DNA of 64,000 nt from Hormiphora californensis. Taxonomy: Eukaryota > Animalia > Ctenophora. Below are positions 1 to 22,907 of this stretch, piece by piece. The notes beneath the pieces were generated by a model. That model was given only the letters and a program-made list of their open reading frames with translations, was not told the DNA's origin and searched no databases. How positions within the stretch are numbered: position 1 is the stretch's first letter; each line of letters begins with the position of its first letter. The translations under genes were made by a program, and so were the position numbers. The stretch lies in NCBI GenBank assembly GCA_020137815.1, contig CM035362.1, forward strand, positions 2,914,001 to 2,978,000, in the 5' to 3' direction.

Positions 1-53
1 TGATTATAGCAACTATATATACAGTGCACTGTATCTGTTCTGATTTTCCTCAC

Positions 54-11307
<11,254 letters not shown>

Positions 11308-11678
11308 CAAAGCATCATATTACGAGACTTAACTTTAAAATTAGAGAGCTGCTTTTCACAAGTTTCGTGTTGGGAAGGTGTATCTACAATTCACCATGGG
11401 AGGGGAGGAGGAACTGTTAGTTAAAGGTTAAAACTGCTTGCCTTGTTCAACCGTCCCTCCCCGTGGGTATGAACAAAAAACTGCCTGTAGCTGGGGGTGC
11501 GGTCTAGTTGTTCAAACCAGGGCGAGGATAGCAAGGGTTTGTCTGCCGGTAGTGTATACCAGCTGGGTGGGGGTCTAAAGGTCTATTAAAGGTCTGCCTC
11601 GATATATATTTTGTTCTAAAGAAATCTCGGTGAGCGATAACAAGAGAGGGCCGGGAGAGAGAGTGTGAGAGAGTGTGA

Positions 11679-11782
<104 letters not shown>

Positions 11783-12820
11783 TAGTATAATTATTGTTAT
11801 ATGAGGGATAGATAAAAGCGGTGCTCTTAATGTGGGTCTAAGTTGGGCGTGAGAAATAACTTAAATACATAAGATAAGGTGTGGTTGGGGCTGTTATAAT
11901 ACTCCTCTGATAAGGAAGGGCCGATTGATTCTAGAGAAGTAGTCTGGGTTACGATTCAGGCACCAAATAGAGAAATTGATTAAAAGGGAAAGAGTCTAGA
12001 CTCTATAGTGGGGGAAAACTAGTCTAGTGGGAAAACGAATAGTGAATATTCTTCTGTCCTTATACAGGTATATATATAGTATTATACCAAAACTAATTGA
12101 AATTAGTAGGCCGGAAAGGTTGCCCTATGATTTGAGCTACCTTTGCCACCGTAACTTTCATGGGGTACAGACAGGGTACAGATGCTTCGTTTAGCTTCAA
12201 AAGGGAATTTATTGGTGCCAAAGGTAGCTCAAATCATAGGGCAACCTTTCCGGCCTACTAATTTCAATTAGTTTTGGTATAATTTGCATCATTTTTGGGA
12301 TTTTTTATCCATTTAGATGTAGTAGAAAAAGTACGGAGAGGATGGAATCGGAAAGTTGAAAATTTTTCATTTTTGACGTCATTTTGACGTCATAACGCGA
12401 CGTCACGACGTTATGACGTCATTATAATTACGTAATCTCATCGGGATTTCCTAGATGAACATATTGACCAAGTTTGAGATCGATTGGATGAGATTTGAGT
12501 CCGCTATGGCGAAAAAAACCCATATCGTCATATCTGGTTTTAAACAGTCATAACACTTTAGACGCGTTTTAAGACCCTTATACGTCTAGTTTTGAAAATT
12601 CGCAATATAGCTTCTGAAAGTTCAGACAATTCTCTTTCCATGATATAGTCTTCGTTTTTCGATTAGAACCCGTCTTGAGGGTGTAAATTGAGCTCAAAGA
12701 ATTTTGGTCAGAGTCTGAAAAATGACGACTTTAAGACGTTCTGTAGGACGTTCCTGGCGATGAAAAGGGACCCCACCTCAACTAATACACACACATCCAG
12801 TAGATCTACCAGCTGTGAAA

Positions 12821-15539
12821 CACGGCGTGCCTCGTGAAATTTTAACACGACCTAGCATGCAACGGGAAACCACCACTTGTACGTGGTAGCTGAGGGTCTA
12901 CAGAATGGCGCTACGGTGCGGGAAAAAAAAGTCCATGCCCTAAAATCGTTTTTTTTTTACTTTTATTTGATTTGGGTCAAAATTGGCTATATTAAACGTG
13001 GTCCCGAAAAATCCATAATGACTTAGCACACGAAATATGTCACCCCTACCTATTTTTGCACGTAGAATCGATTGCCGTTGAAGTCGAATCTCTAAAATGA
13101 CTGTAAAATGGTCAAAAGTTGATTTTTTACCATTTTTTGGAGGTTTTTGGCCCCTAAACCATTGAAAACGTTGAGATAGGAATTTGAAACTAGTGCCAAT
13201 CGTTAAAATGGTCATTTTTCTACCAAGAACCAAGTTTTCGTGTATATCCGATTTATGGTTAGATTTGGGCAAATTGTTGAAATCTGCCAACTAGGAGAAC
13301 CGTAACTTGATTTTCTTGTTTTTTGGATTTTGGCATTTTCGACAAACTTCTGATTGAAATGGTCAATCGGGACCATGCTTAAGTTGTTTATGGGACAATT
13401 TTCGACTAAAATCCAAGATTTCATACCAATCCAATAACAGATCGTTGATTTAGAGAAAATTTAAGTAGGCAAAACGGGGGGGGGGGGGGGGTTCCAACCT
13501 ATTTTTTTGTATTTTTTTGTACTTTTTTGTACGGACCATACATAAAAGTATCCAAAATTCCTGTTTTTTTCCATACAAACAATACAAAAAAATACAAAAA
13601 AGTAATGAAAGATGTGGGTGCCTGATAAAAGTATAAATAATACATAGCTGGGTTCCGTTTATGTTCATGTACCACCTATTATATATATGAACGTTTTTAG
13701 TTCCATTGTCATCCATTTTCCCGCTAAAAGTACTGAAAAAGTATGTAAAATTACACGTTTTTGAAATTCGAAAAAGCAAAATCATTGATTCAGATTACGA
13801 TTCGGGATTATTTTCTCGGTAAGACATTGCGATTCGGCGAAATTTCTCGCTTAAAAATACGATTCGAGAAAATTTTCTCGGTAAGAAATTGCGATTCGGG
13901 GAAACTTCTCGCTTAGAAAATACGATTCGAGAAAATTTTCTCGGTAAGAAATTGCGATTCGGGGAAATTTCTCGCTTAGAAAACACGATTCGAGAAAATT
14001 TTCTCGGTAAGAAATTGCGATTCAGAGAAATTTCTCGATCAGAAAATACGATTCGAGAAAATTTTCTCGGTAAGAAATTGCGATTCGGGGAAATTTCTCA
14101 CTTAGAAAATACGATTCGAGAAAATTTTCTCGGAAAGAAATTGCGATTCAGAGAAATTTCTTGCTTAGAAAATTTGATTCGAGAAAATTTTCTCGGTAAC
14201 AAATTGCGATTCGGGGAAATTTCTCGCTTAGAAAATACGATTCGAGAAAATTTTCTCGTTAACAAATTGCGATTCGGGGAATTTTCACGCTTAGAAATTC
14301 TTGGATAGAAATTTCGATATGGAAAGATTTTCTCTCTTAGAAATTCCGATTTTTCGTACAAACAGAACAAAAAAGTTGTACAACAAATTATGGAGATGTG
14401 TGCCTAGTAAAAGTTCATCGACGAGTTCCTTTTGTGCTAATGTACCACCTGGGAACGTTTGTCGTGTATTTATTATCTTTCATTCGAAATTCGAAAAAGT
14501 AAACATCATTGGTTCAGATTTCGAAAATTTTGAATATAATGTTTCCTTGTGTTTTGATAAAGAACAATTAAAACATGATTAAGACATGTTTTTATCTTCT
14601 AATTATAAGAAAAAGTTGCTAATTTTGTATCAAACCACAGTTTAATAGGAATTTATGACACAATTATGATCATAAACTAAAATTTCAACGATTAGAAAAG
14701 CGTTGTTTAATCATTTATACCCCGTTTTATTTTTTTGTATTTTTTTGTATTTTTTGTACTTTTTTGTATTTTTTTGTATTTTTTTGTTTGAGGAAGAGCT
14801 TGTTTTTTTCCGTACAAACATACAACAAATAGGTTGGAACCCCCCCCAAAACGGTCAAAATGACAACTTTTCTTGCTTATTTTGACCGTTTTGCCTACTT
14901 AAATTTTCTATAAATTAACGATCTGTTATTGGATTGGTATGAAATCTTGGATTTTAGTCGAAAATTGTCCCATAAACAACTTAAGCATGGTCCCGATTGA
15001 CCATTTCAATCAGAAGTTTGTCGAAAATGCCAAAATCCAAAAAACAAGAAAATCAAGTTACGGTTCTCCTAGTTGGCAGATTTCAACAATTTGCCCAAAT
15101 CTAACCATAAATCGGATATACACGAAAACTTGGTTCTTGGTAGAAAAATGACCATTTTAACGATTGGCACTAGTTTCAAATTCCTATCTCAACGTTTTCA
15201 ATGGTTTAGGGGCCAAAAACCTCCAAAAAATGGTAAAAAATCAACTTTTGACCATTTTACAGTCATTTTAGAGATTCGACTTCAACGGCAATCGATTCTA
15301 CGTGCAAAAAAAGGTAGGGGTGACATATTTCGTGTGCTAAGTCATTATGGATTTTTCGGGACCACGTTTAATATAGCCAATTTTGACCCAAATCAAATAA
15401 AAGTAAAAAAACGATTTTAGGGCATGGACTTTTTTTTCCCGCACCGTAGCGCCATTCTGTAGACCCTCAGCTACCACGTACAAGTGGTGGTTTCCCGTTG
15501 CATGCTAGGTCGTGTTAAAATTTCACCAGGCACGCCGTG
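12821..15539. mobile_element. Long-TIR non-autonomous DNA transposon with CAC...GTG termini and 4-bp TSD (Chapaev/CMC-like)
   Basis: GAAA|CACGGCGTGCC...GGCACGCCGTG|GAAA; ~650-bp near-identical arms, which explain the mirrored ORFs 12940-13290 and 15073-15420. Confidence 0.8.
13797..14300. repeat. 63-bp tandem minisatellite (~8 copies) in the spacer of the foldback element
   Basis: Unit TACGATTCGAGAAAATTTTCTCGGTAAGAAATTGCGATTCGGGGAAATTTCTCGCTTAGAAAA, made of two related halves, each containing a palindrome. Confidence 0.9.
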
Positions 15540-16226
15540 GAAAACGAGAAATTGCTATCTCTGTTCGTTTGGCGTGAATATGGTTTATAAAAAGCGTCTA
15601 TCCTATGCGCGCGCGCGGTCTGTTACACTGAATCTTCAGCAAATGGGACCAGTCTGTAACTTCCGTCCCAGATGAGATAGAGACTTGAAATTTTAAACTT
15701 AAGTAAAAGACCCCAAGCCGGGTATACATTCCAAATTTCAAGTCAATCGGATGGAAGGGAGCGACGCTACAACCTTTCGAAATCCGGTTTTTCAGGCAAA
15801 ACACCCATAAAACGTATAACTGCGTTTCTGGCGGCGCTTTTGGGGGAGGGGGAATGGCAACCTTTGCGCTTGCCAGCGCAGTGATATTATATAGGGGATA
15901 AAAGGATCTAAAAGGATCTAAAATCTAAGAATTAACATTTTTCAATTTAGAGAAAAGGTAAACATTAAATCTCTGTACAAAAAAAGTAAATAAATAGCAC
16001 ACGTTTTAACACACGTTTCTAACACATGTAAATAAGATCAATAAGTTATAGATTCTGGTTTAAAGTTCATGATGACGCAGGAACCGACCGAATCAGGAAA
16101 TAATGGTCCCTAATTGGCTGATAACCAGTCACGTGACCTAAATAACGAGTCCTGATTGGTTGTTTACTTGTGCCGGTCGGTTCCTGTGATGACGTCACAC
16201 AAATGACGTCATATCTCCAAGTAGTT

Positions 16227-19200
16227 CTACAGCTGAAGTGTTGCTATGGCTGGTTGGTTGTCACGGTAATGAGCTCCCTCGTTAGAAAACTTGGTTAACT
16301 TGTTCAACACATCTTGGTCTATCAGCTCCTGAAAGGTTCGGAAATATTACTGATAATAATTATCTTGAAAATTTTCCGGAGTTTGGAAATATTTCCGATG
16401 GGCTAAAATTTCCGGGCCACACATTATGAGCAGTATAAGGATAGAGTCTGATATTTGAGTACCCCTTGTTCGGTACCACACCCCACTGCACACACAGTTT
16501 TAATCAGTACCCGGGGACCCCCAGTACCCAATATATTCATTCTCAGAGTATGCAATATATATATATACTATCTGCACCAGGTGCACTTCTACCGAAAATA
16601 GCAGAGAAAGGCATTTTCTACTAACTTCTAGAACCTCTAGACTAGAAGCCAAGCGTGACATTAAAATATATTTTGTTTTCGGTTAGATAGGGTTGCAGTA
16701 GCCCAGAACAAAAAGGGAGAACAAATAGGAGACTACCAACCCTAGACCCAACCCTATCTTTACTGTGTGGACTGAAGCCATTGAAGTATTTTGCTTCCGT
16801 GTATGTATATGCGAGTTGAGACCACCCACCTAGCCTACTCTACGGCAAATAGAAGTAAAACTTAATTCTGATGAAAACATGCAAATCTCACACAAAATTC
16901 CCCTAACTTCCCAACTCTCACTTCCAATTGGGTTAAAATGGATGACGCTCGAAAAATAGTACAGTCGGACCCCGATTTAGTGGCATCCTCGGGGGGAAGG
17001 GTTTTGTCCACTAAATCAGGGATGTCCACTAAATCGGGGTCAAATAATGTTAATTTCCTATAAATCGGGGGAAAAATCCTGCCACTAAATCGGGGTGCCA
17101 CTAAATCTTCCTACTTCTTATCGATTTTGTTTGATTATCTGAGCTCCTGACCTGACGAGATATTCTTGTACATACTCTACATTGATGGAGAAGTACAGCA
17201 ATGAATTCACACAGTGGTGTGAAACTAATGGACTGACAGATGCAGCATGTCCCTCAACGAGTATGGTGAAGGGAATTCAGTGTCTACTTAATGATGCTGC
17301 ATGCCAGAGCCGCGGTAGTAGTTTTGATTCATCAAAAGTTACCGCTGCCAAGCTCAATACCAAGAACAAGCCTGAATTGATTAGAATGATCCAGAATTAT
17401 GCCTGGTTCTGTCATATGGTGATCCTGCCATATGTTGTTGACGTGGACGCTCACCTGTTCAATGAGACGACAAAAAGGCTAATGGAGACACAACTGGAAG
17501 AGGTCACAGGGAAGATTAACTCCATGCAAGAGACCGTTATAAAGTCCCAAGAAGCGCTGTTAACTTGTCAGGAGACGGTGATATCTCTACAGAGCTCTCT
17601 CCTCTCTGAGAAGAACAAGAAGATTGAAGATACGGTGTCTTCTGTCAAAGAAGAACTGAAGGGCTATGCAGCAGTTGTAAAGAAGAGCTGCATTGCATCG
17701 CTTGCCCCTAGGAAGCTACAAGCAGCCATGGTGAAGGCGTCCAGTGTGGAAGACAGATCCAGCAACCTGATTTTTTACGGGTTGACAGAGTCTGAGGGAG
17801 AGGAGAAGACTGAGGATGTTGTTCTAAATGTTTTGGAACACACGAATGAGAAGCCGAAACTGGTAAGCTGTAGGAGGCTTGGCGAGAAGAAGGAAGGGAA
17901 GAAGCGGCCTGTCAAGGTGGTGCTACACAACCGAGATATGGTACGCTCTATTCTGGCAAGGTCTGGGATGCTGAGGGAAGTGGAGGGAATGGAAGATGTG
18001 TACATTTGTCCAGATAGGACTGTTGAAGAGAGAAGTGAGAGAAAGAGACTTGTTTCTAAGTTGAAGCAGCAGAGAGAGACTGAGCCACACGTTAAGTGGG
18101 GTATTGTGAGAGGTAGTGTGATTAGAAGAGATGAGAAGAAATGAGACAGACAAGTCATATTAATTTCTATACAATATTATTTGATTTAGAGTGTTTTGGC
18201 GGTGTAAGCGCTCATTCGGTGAGCCTGCCTCGTTCTTGTGGGTAAATGATATTGTTTCGGTATTCATTTGAACGTTCAAAATCAAATCGGGGACCGACTG
18301 TATAGGGTTTTTAATCCCAAAATCAGACCCAAAATGCAGTGTGAGCTATAAAACTACAACCACCAACCACTAACCAGTAACAACTAACCACTGACCTGTG
18401 CCACTGGTGATCTTCGGACTGTCACGACCAAAGAGTGTTTCTGAATCTGAGCATCTCTGTCCACGCAGTACTTCCTCTCTATCAGTCTCTCATACCAACC
18501 AGGTACTGCAACCATCGCTTGAAGTCCAAATCTGAAGATTGTGATAATCAATATTAGTCATCATTTGACATCACGTGACCGCCATATTTGGACATCACGT
18601 GACCACCATATTTGGACATCACGTGATCCGGCGTGATTACCTTATTTGGGCATCACGTGATCCACTTACTTGTGGAGGGCAAGGTTGGAGAGGTAGGAGG
18701 AGGATGCACATTGTCGTCCGGGTGATGGATGAGAAAGGAGCGTCAGGGCTGTTTTTGTGAGATCCTGTGAGCACTTGGTGAACCATATCTCACACCTAGC
18801 TTCGTAGTTCGGCAGATATACATCTGGAGTACTGCCAGGGAGAGATGGGGTGAATTATCAATTTGTTATAAGTCAATCAGTCAGATGGCCAGGGAGGGTC
18901 GGGCAAGCTAAGCTGAGAAACTCATTCGGAATATATTGATTATAATACCTGAAAATATGAGCAAGTGCAACTAGCGCCCTGTCTTTTATATCATCAGTTC
19001 CTCTTACGGCCAACTGAAGAAATTTATCGAGCTGATTATATATCAGATCACGTGCAGTGGCGTCACGCGATCACCATATTTGGGCATCACGTGATTTGAT
19101 GACGTCACGTATCACGTGATTTGATGACGTCACGTGATTTACCTCAGAGATAGAGGTGATTGCGTTGAGGAAGTAGTTCTTATCCAGGATAAACTCTTTT

Positions 19201-21424
19201 CCATCGAGCCGGGCATTTAGTAGGGTTATTACATCAACACATGCAACTGAGATGATTGAATCAATGGATGAAAGTTGTTATAGTGGGTAGCAGGAACCGA
19301 CCGAAACAAGTAAACAACCAATCAGAACTTGTTATTTAGGTCACGTGACTGGTTATCAGCCAATCGGGGACCAGTATTTCCTGATTCGGTCGGTTCCAGG
19401 TGGGTAGTGAATGAGAACTGAACCACACGGACTGTTAGCCACCATTTTATTGAGGAAAGATCATAAATAATGGGTTTTTATCGATCGATTTTTTAATATT
19501 CAGGGCTTTGTTTCAAACACCTTAGGATTGTACCCGACGGGTACAATCCGTTGTACCTACATTTGATTGACATATCACTACAATCGATCATCCTACAAGC
19601 TGTGGCAGTGTATTCGGGACAATCAGTACACAACTGCTTCACATCGATGTTGTGTTTCTGAAGCAGCTTAGCGAACAGCTTTATAACACTGGGAACAGTA
19701 TAGGATGAGTTAGGACTCTGGCCCACTAGCCAATGTGCGATCCCTTTAAAGATGCCTAGGTTTCGAAGGTTTGTGAACGCCACTGGGGAGTCAGAGAGAC
19801 GGGAAACGTTCTCAAGGGCTGTTAGTTGGAGAAGCACATCAGAGCTTTCTAGATCCTGGAAACAGAGGAAGTGTAAATAGTAAACACACTGATTTAGTAA
19901 TTGACTGATAATTGTCTCCGAATCATTCGGCTAATGTATCCACTAGCTTATACAGTCGGACCTCGATTTAGTGGCATCCTCGGGGGGAAAAAATCGTGCC
20001 ACTAAATCGGGGTGCCACTATATCGGGGTCAAATAAAGTTAATTTCCTATATCGGGGGAAAAAATCCTGCCACTAAATCGGGGTGCCACTAAATCGGGGT
20101 CCGACTGTATACCATAATGGTGGAAATGTACCTCTAGAATATTGCTAAAGAATCCAACAGTAACCGCAAACTCTAAAGCCTGATCGGTGGTCAAGATACT
20201 ATCAATAATAACATCAAATACACGGTATCGAATAGTGTCGTTAGTTGCCATGACTTCCCTTAGCAACTTCACGCCCTGGTCACTGAAGGGACGGAGTGGT
20301 TAGTGGTTACACACACTGGTCACTAAAGAGGACGATTTGATGCTAACCACTCGATTTTGACACATGTCGCAGTCATGAGTATCACACAGCTAAAATCCCC
20401 CTCGCACCATCCCTCACCCCCTTCTTGTTTAAATTCTCTTGTAAATTACCTATACAAGATGAGAACTCCTTCATCAAAAGTCGCCAGGGTTATCAGGACC
20501 TTATGACACTCCTTCACCACTCCTTGATCCTCATCACCAAGAAGGAGGATAGCGTATTTCATTATCCCAACCTCCCCAATTAGTTTGAGATTTCTGGAGG
20601 AGTGAAGGGGATATTTCACAATTCATGTCGTCATATAATAGTTATCTGTAGAAAGTTGTCTCACAAAACTCTGCCCTCTCCGAACGGGGGGGGGGGGGTG
20701 TAATCATGGTGACAAATGGTGACAAGTGGTGACTCACGGTCACCATGATTACCCCCCCCCCCCTCCGAAGAAATGCGAGTGTTTACCTTCTGTCTTGACA
20801 AGCACGGTTAAGTTGCCGTAGACACAGCACACGTACAGTGGGGGAGGGATGTTCGAAACCTTGCTTCAACTCAACTTCTAGCTTGGGAGTGTGAGTCACT
20901 TTGGCGTTAAAAACAATCACAATAAAAACGCCGTAATTTTATAATTCAATCCTACAAGTTCTATCATTCATAATCCGCAAGAAATCTATAATATGCCGGC
21001 ATGACCAAATATGGACAAATCACGTCATCATTAAATAAGACCATATAAGGGCATTTTAGTTGTATTGGTACGTACCTGCCGGATGACTGTTTCCCCGCTA
21101 GTAACAGATAGTAACTTCTCCAGAGCAGAACAACACTTCTTGGTGTAACCCTCATCAGCGTTCAACAGACTTGGAAACAGTTGAGGTGCAATGGTATCGG
21201 GCAGTCGGGCACCTGGAGAAAAGGGATGGTTTGGTTACCATACTGTTTGTTATATCCACTGGTTACCACGGTAACTACATTGTGTTAACCAATGGTTACC
21301 ATGGTCACTGTGTTAACCACCTGTTACCTGGTTGTGCCATGACAATGTTAACATTATCAACTGCATCACCGTACTCTCCGTTGTTGATGTTTCGTTGGAT
21401 AACTTCCACCACCTCAATGTTCAT
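16227..21424 (-). CDS. PSMD5: 26S proteasome non-ATPase regulatory subunit 5 (S5b/Hsm3-type assembly chaperone), multi-exon
   Basis: ATG at 21424. Exons encode LKQGFEHPSPTVRVLCLRQL, LLREVMATNDTIRYRVFDVII and SSDVLLQLTALENVSRLS. The last exon reads LTKFSNEGAHYRDNQPAIATLQL* (TAG 16227-16229). These match remembered PSMD5 motifs (GLIHPDDSVK, VMKTNDIVRYRVYELII, EDVLVRATCIE, LSEGPYY). Confidence 0.85.
17108..18283 (+). mobile_element. ORF1-only non-autonomous retroelement inserted into a pogo-like MITE
   Basis: AAATC is duplicated at 17103-17107 and 18284-18288. Removing the insert restores the MITE end seen intact at 19953-20107. Confidence 0.75.
17185..18144 (+). CDS. Non-LTR retrotransposon ORF1-like protein (coiled coil + RRM-like + CTD; CR1/L2/L1 ORF1 type)
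   Basis: Intronless 319-aa ORF. A heptad-rich middle is followed by EDRSSNLIFYGLTE, RRLGEKKEGKKRPVKVVL and VYICPDRTVEERSERKRL, which are typical ORF1p motifs. Confidence 0.8.
   Translation: MEKYSNEFTQWCETNGLTDAACPSTSMVKGIQCLLNDAACQSRGSSFDSSKVTAAKLNTKNKPELIRMIQNYAWFCHMVILPYVVDVDAHLFNETTKRLMETQLEEVTGKINSMQETVIKSQEALLTCQETVISLQSSLLSEKNKKIEDTVSSVKEELKGYAAVVKKSCIASLAPRKLQAAMVKASSVEDRSSNLIFYGLTESEGEEKTEDVVLNVLEHTNEKPKLVSCRRLGEKKEGKKRPVKVVLHNRDMVRSILARSGMLREVEGMEDVYICPDRTVEERSERKRLVSKLKQQRETEPHVKWGIVRGSVIRRDEKK
19953..20107. mobile_element. pogo/Tigger-like MITE (intact); relatives at 56032-56151 and 56352-56495, degenerate copy near 2900-3050
   Basis: TA TSD; TIR CAGTCGGACC(T/C)CGATTTA. Confidence 0.85.
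20686..20762. mobile_element. 77-bp poly-G/poly-C-terminated MITE
   Basis: CTCCGAAC|G13-TGTAATCATGGTGAC...GTCACCATGATTA-C11|CTCCGAAG. Confidence 0.65.
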
Positions 21425-21523
21425 GTTGCCAAGCGCTACAATAATAGAACTGTTGTTGTTAATTTGTTGGTGTTACTAAAGTTGTAAATAATTATTTTTA
21501 TTTGTTTGCAATTCATATCACAA

Positions 21524-22694
21524 TAGTAAGGTGATAAGCCAGGAGAACCAGAAAAAAATTTGTGACAAAGGATTTCCACCTCAAACGTACTCCTAAGGGT
21601 CCCCTCTATCGATTCTAACCAATGCTCATATTTGCTCAGGGGTGCAAAGGCCTCATTTCCGGGTGGGCGTGGTACCTGTGTTTTCAGCCTGAGGCCAAAA
21701 CCATAAGTACCCTTAAAATAGGAGTAGAGAAAAAATCGAGGGCACTAAAATGATCAGCGTCCTCGAATTAGTGGGTAGGTGGGTAGGTGCTAAAATTAAG
21801 TCTCTATCTCATCTGGTTAATTAGATAATTGGATAATTAGGTTTGCGCATAACCGTTTTTTGGCTATATGGCTATAGCCACTTAGGAATGGTTTAGAGAC
21901 TTTTCATTGGTGCCATTTTGTAGGCAAAGAGAAGTTATGGGGGGTCGACGTCGGACTTTTAAGCTCTATCTTCAACCGTTTAGCCGTTATTTGGCTTTAA
22001 CGGTGTTCAAAAACGGCCTTTTTACCGTATTTTGCTCATTTGGAGCATCTTAAAAGCCAAATAACGGCTAAACAGTTGAAGATAGAGCTTAAAAGTCCGA
22101 CGTCGACCCCCCATAACTTCTCTTTGCCTACAAAATGGCACAAATGAAAAGTCTCTAAACCATTCCTAAGTGGCTATAGCCATATAGCCAAAAAACGGTT
22201 ATGCGCAAACCTAATTATCCAATTATCTAATTAACCAGATGAGATAGAGACTTAATTTTAGCACCTACCCCCACTAATTCGAGGACGCTGATCATTTTAG
22301 TGCCCTCATTTTTGTCTCTACTCCTTTCCTAAGTGGCTATAGCCATATAGCCAACAAACGGTGATGCGCAAACCTAATTATCCAATTATCTAATTAACCA
22401 GATGAGATAGAGACTTAATTCCATCACCTACCCCCACTAAGTCGAGGACGCTGATCACTCTAGTGCCCTCGATTTTTTCTCTACTCCTATTTCAAGGGTA
22501 CTTATGGTTTTGGCCTCAGGCTGAAAACACAGGTACCACGCCCACCCGGAAATGAGGCCTTTGCACCTTCTACTCAATTTGAGCATTGGTTGGGATCGTT
22601 AGAGGGGACCCTTAGGAGTACGTTTGAGGTGGAAATCCTTTGTCACAAATTTTTTTCTGGTTGAGGCTTAAATTTTAGTTAAATCACCTTACTA
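21524..22694. mobile_element. Foldback element with TAG...CTA termini and 3-bp TSD (Academ-like)
   Basis: CAA|TAGTAAGGTGAT...ATCACCTTACTA|CAA; long inverted arms, with an internal duplication in the right arm (~22167-22330 and ~22330-22490). Confidence 0.7.
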
Positions 22695-22907
22695 CAAAAT
22701 TAAAACTAAACTCAGTCATTAAAATATTAAAAAGTCCTGTAATATATCTTCTTCCAATGTTCTTTCATCTTTTATTTGCTGTATCGATTGCTTCTAGAGC
22801 AAGTAGCAGTTCTGCCACAAATTTCAGTGCCTGGTTTCATATATCAACTTTAAATTGACAACTATCCCCTCTCGAGACTTGTGTGAAAGACATCTCTCAA
22901 TCATACT

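Larger units (their letters stand above)
12081..15885. mobile_element. Helentron-like family A copy 2, interrupted by a 2.7-kb foldback element
   Basis: Same termini as copy 1; collinear with it once 12821-15543 is removed. Confidence 0.65.
16962..18300. mobile_element. Tc1/mariner (pogo/Tigger-like) MITE, interrupted
   Basis: TA|CAGTCGGACCCCGATTT...AAATCGGGGACCGACTG|TA; internal CCACTAAATCGGGG repeats. Confidence 0.8.

Noticed and set aside
13795-14370. Repeat protein ORF (RFGEISRLENTIRENFLGKKL)n, or a CRISPR-like array
   Set aside because: A 63-bp tandem repeat that is open by periodicity. There are no unique spacers and no cas genes, and the context is eukaryotic.
12940-15420. Duplicated 70-aa and 115-aa ORFs on opposite strands
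   Set aside because: By-products of the inverted arms of a non-autonomous transposon; no transposase motifs.
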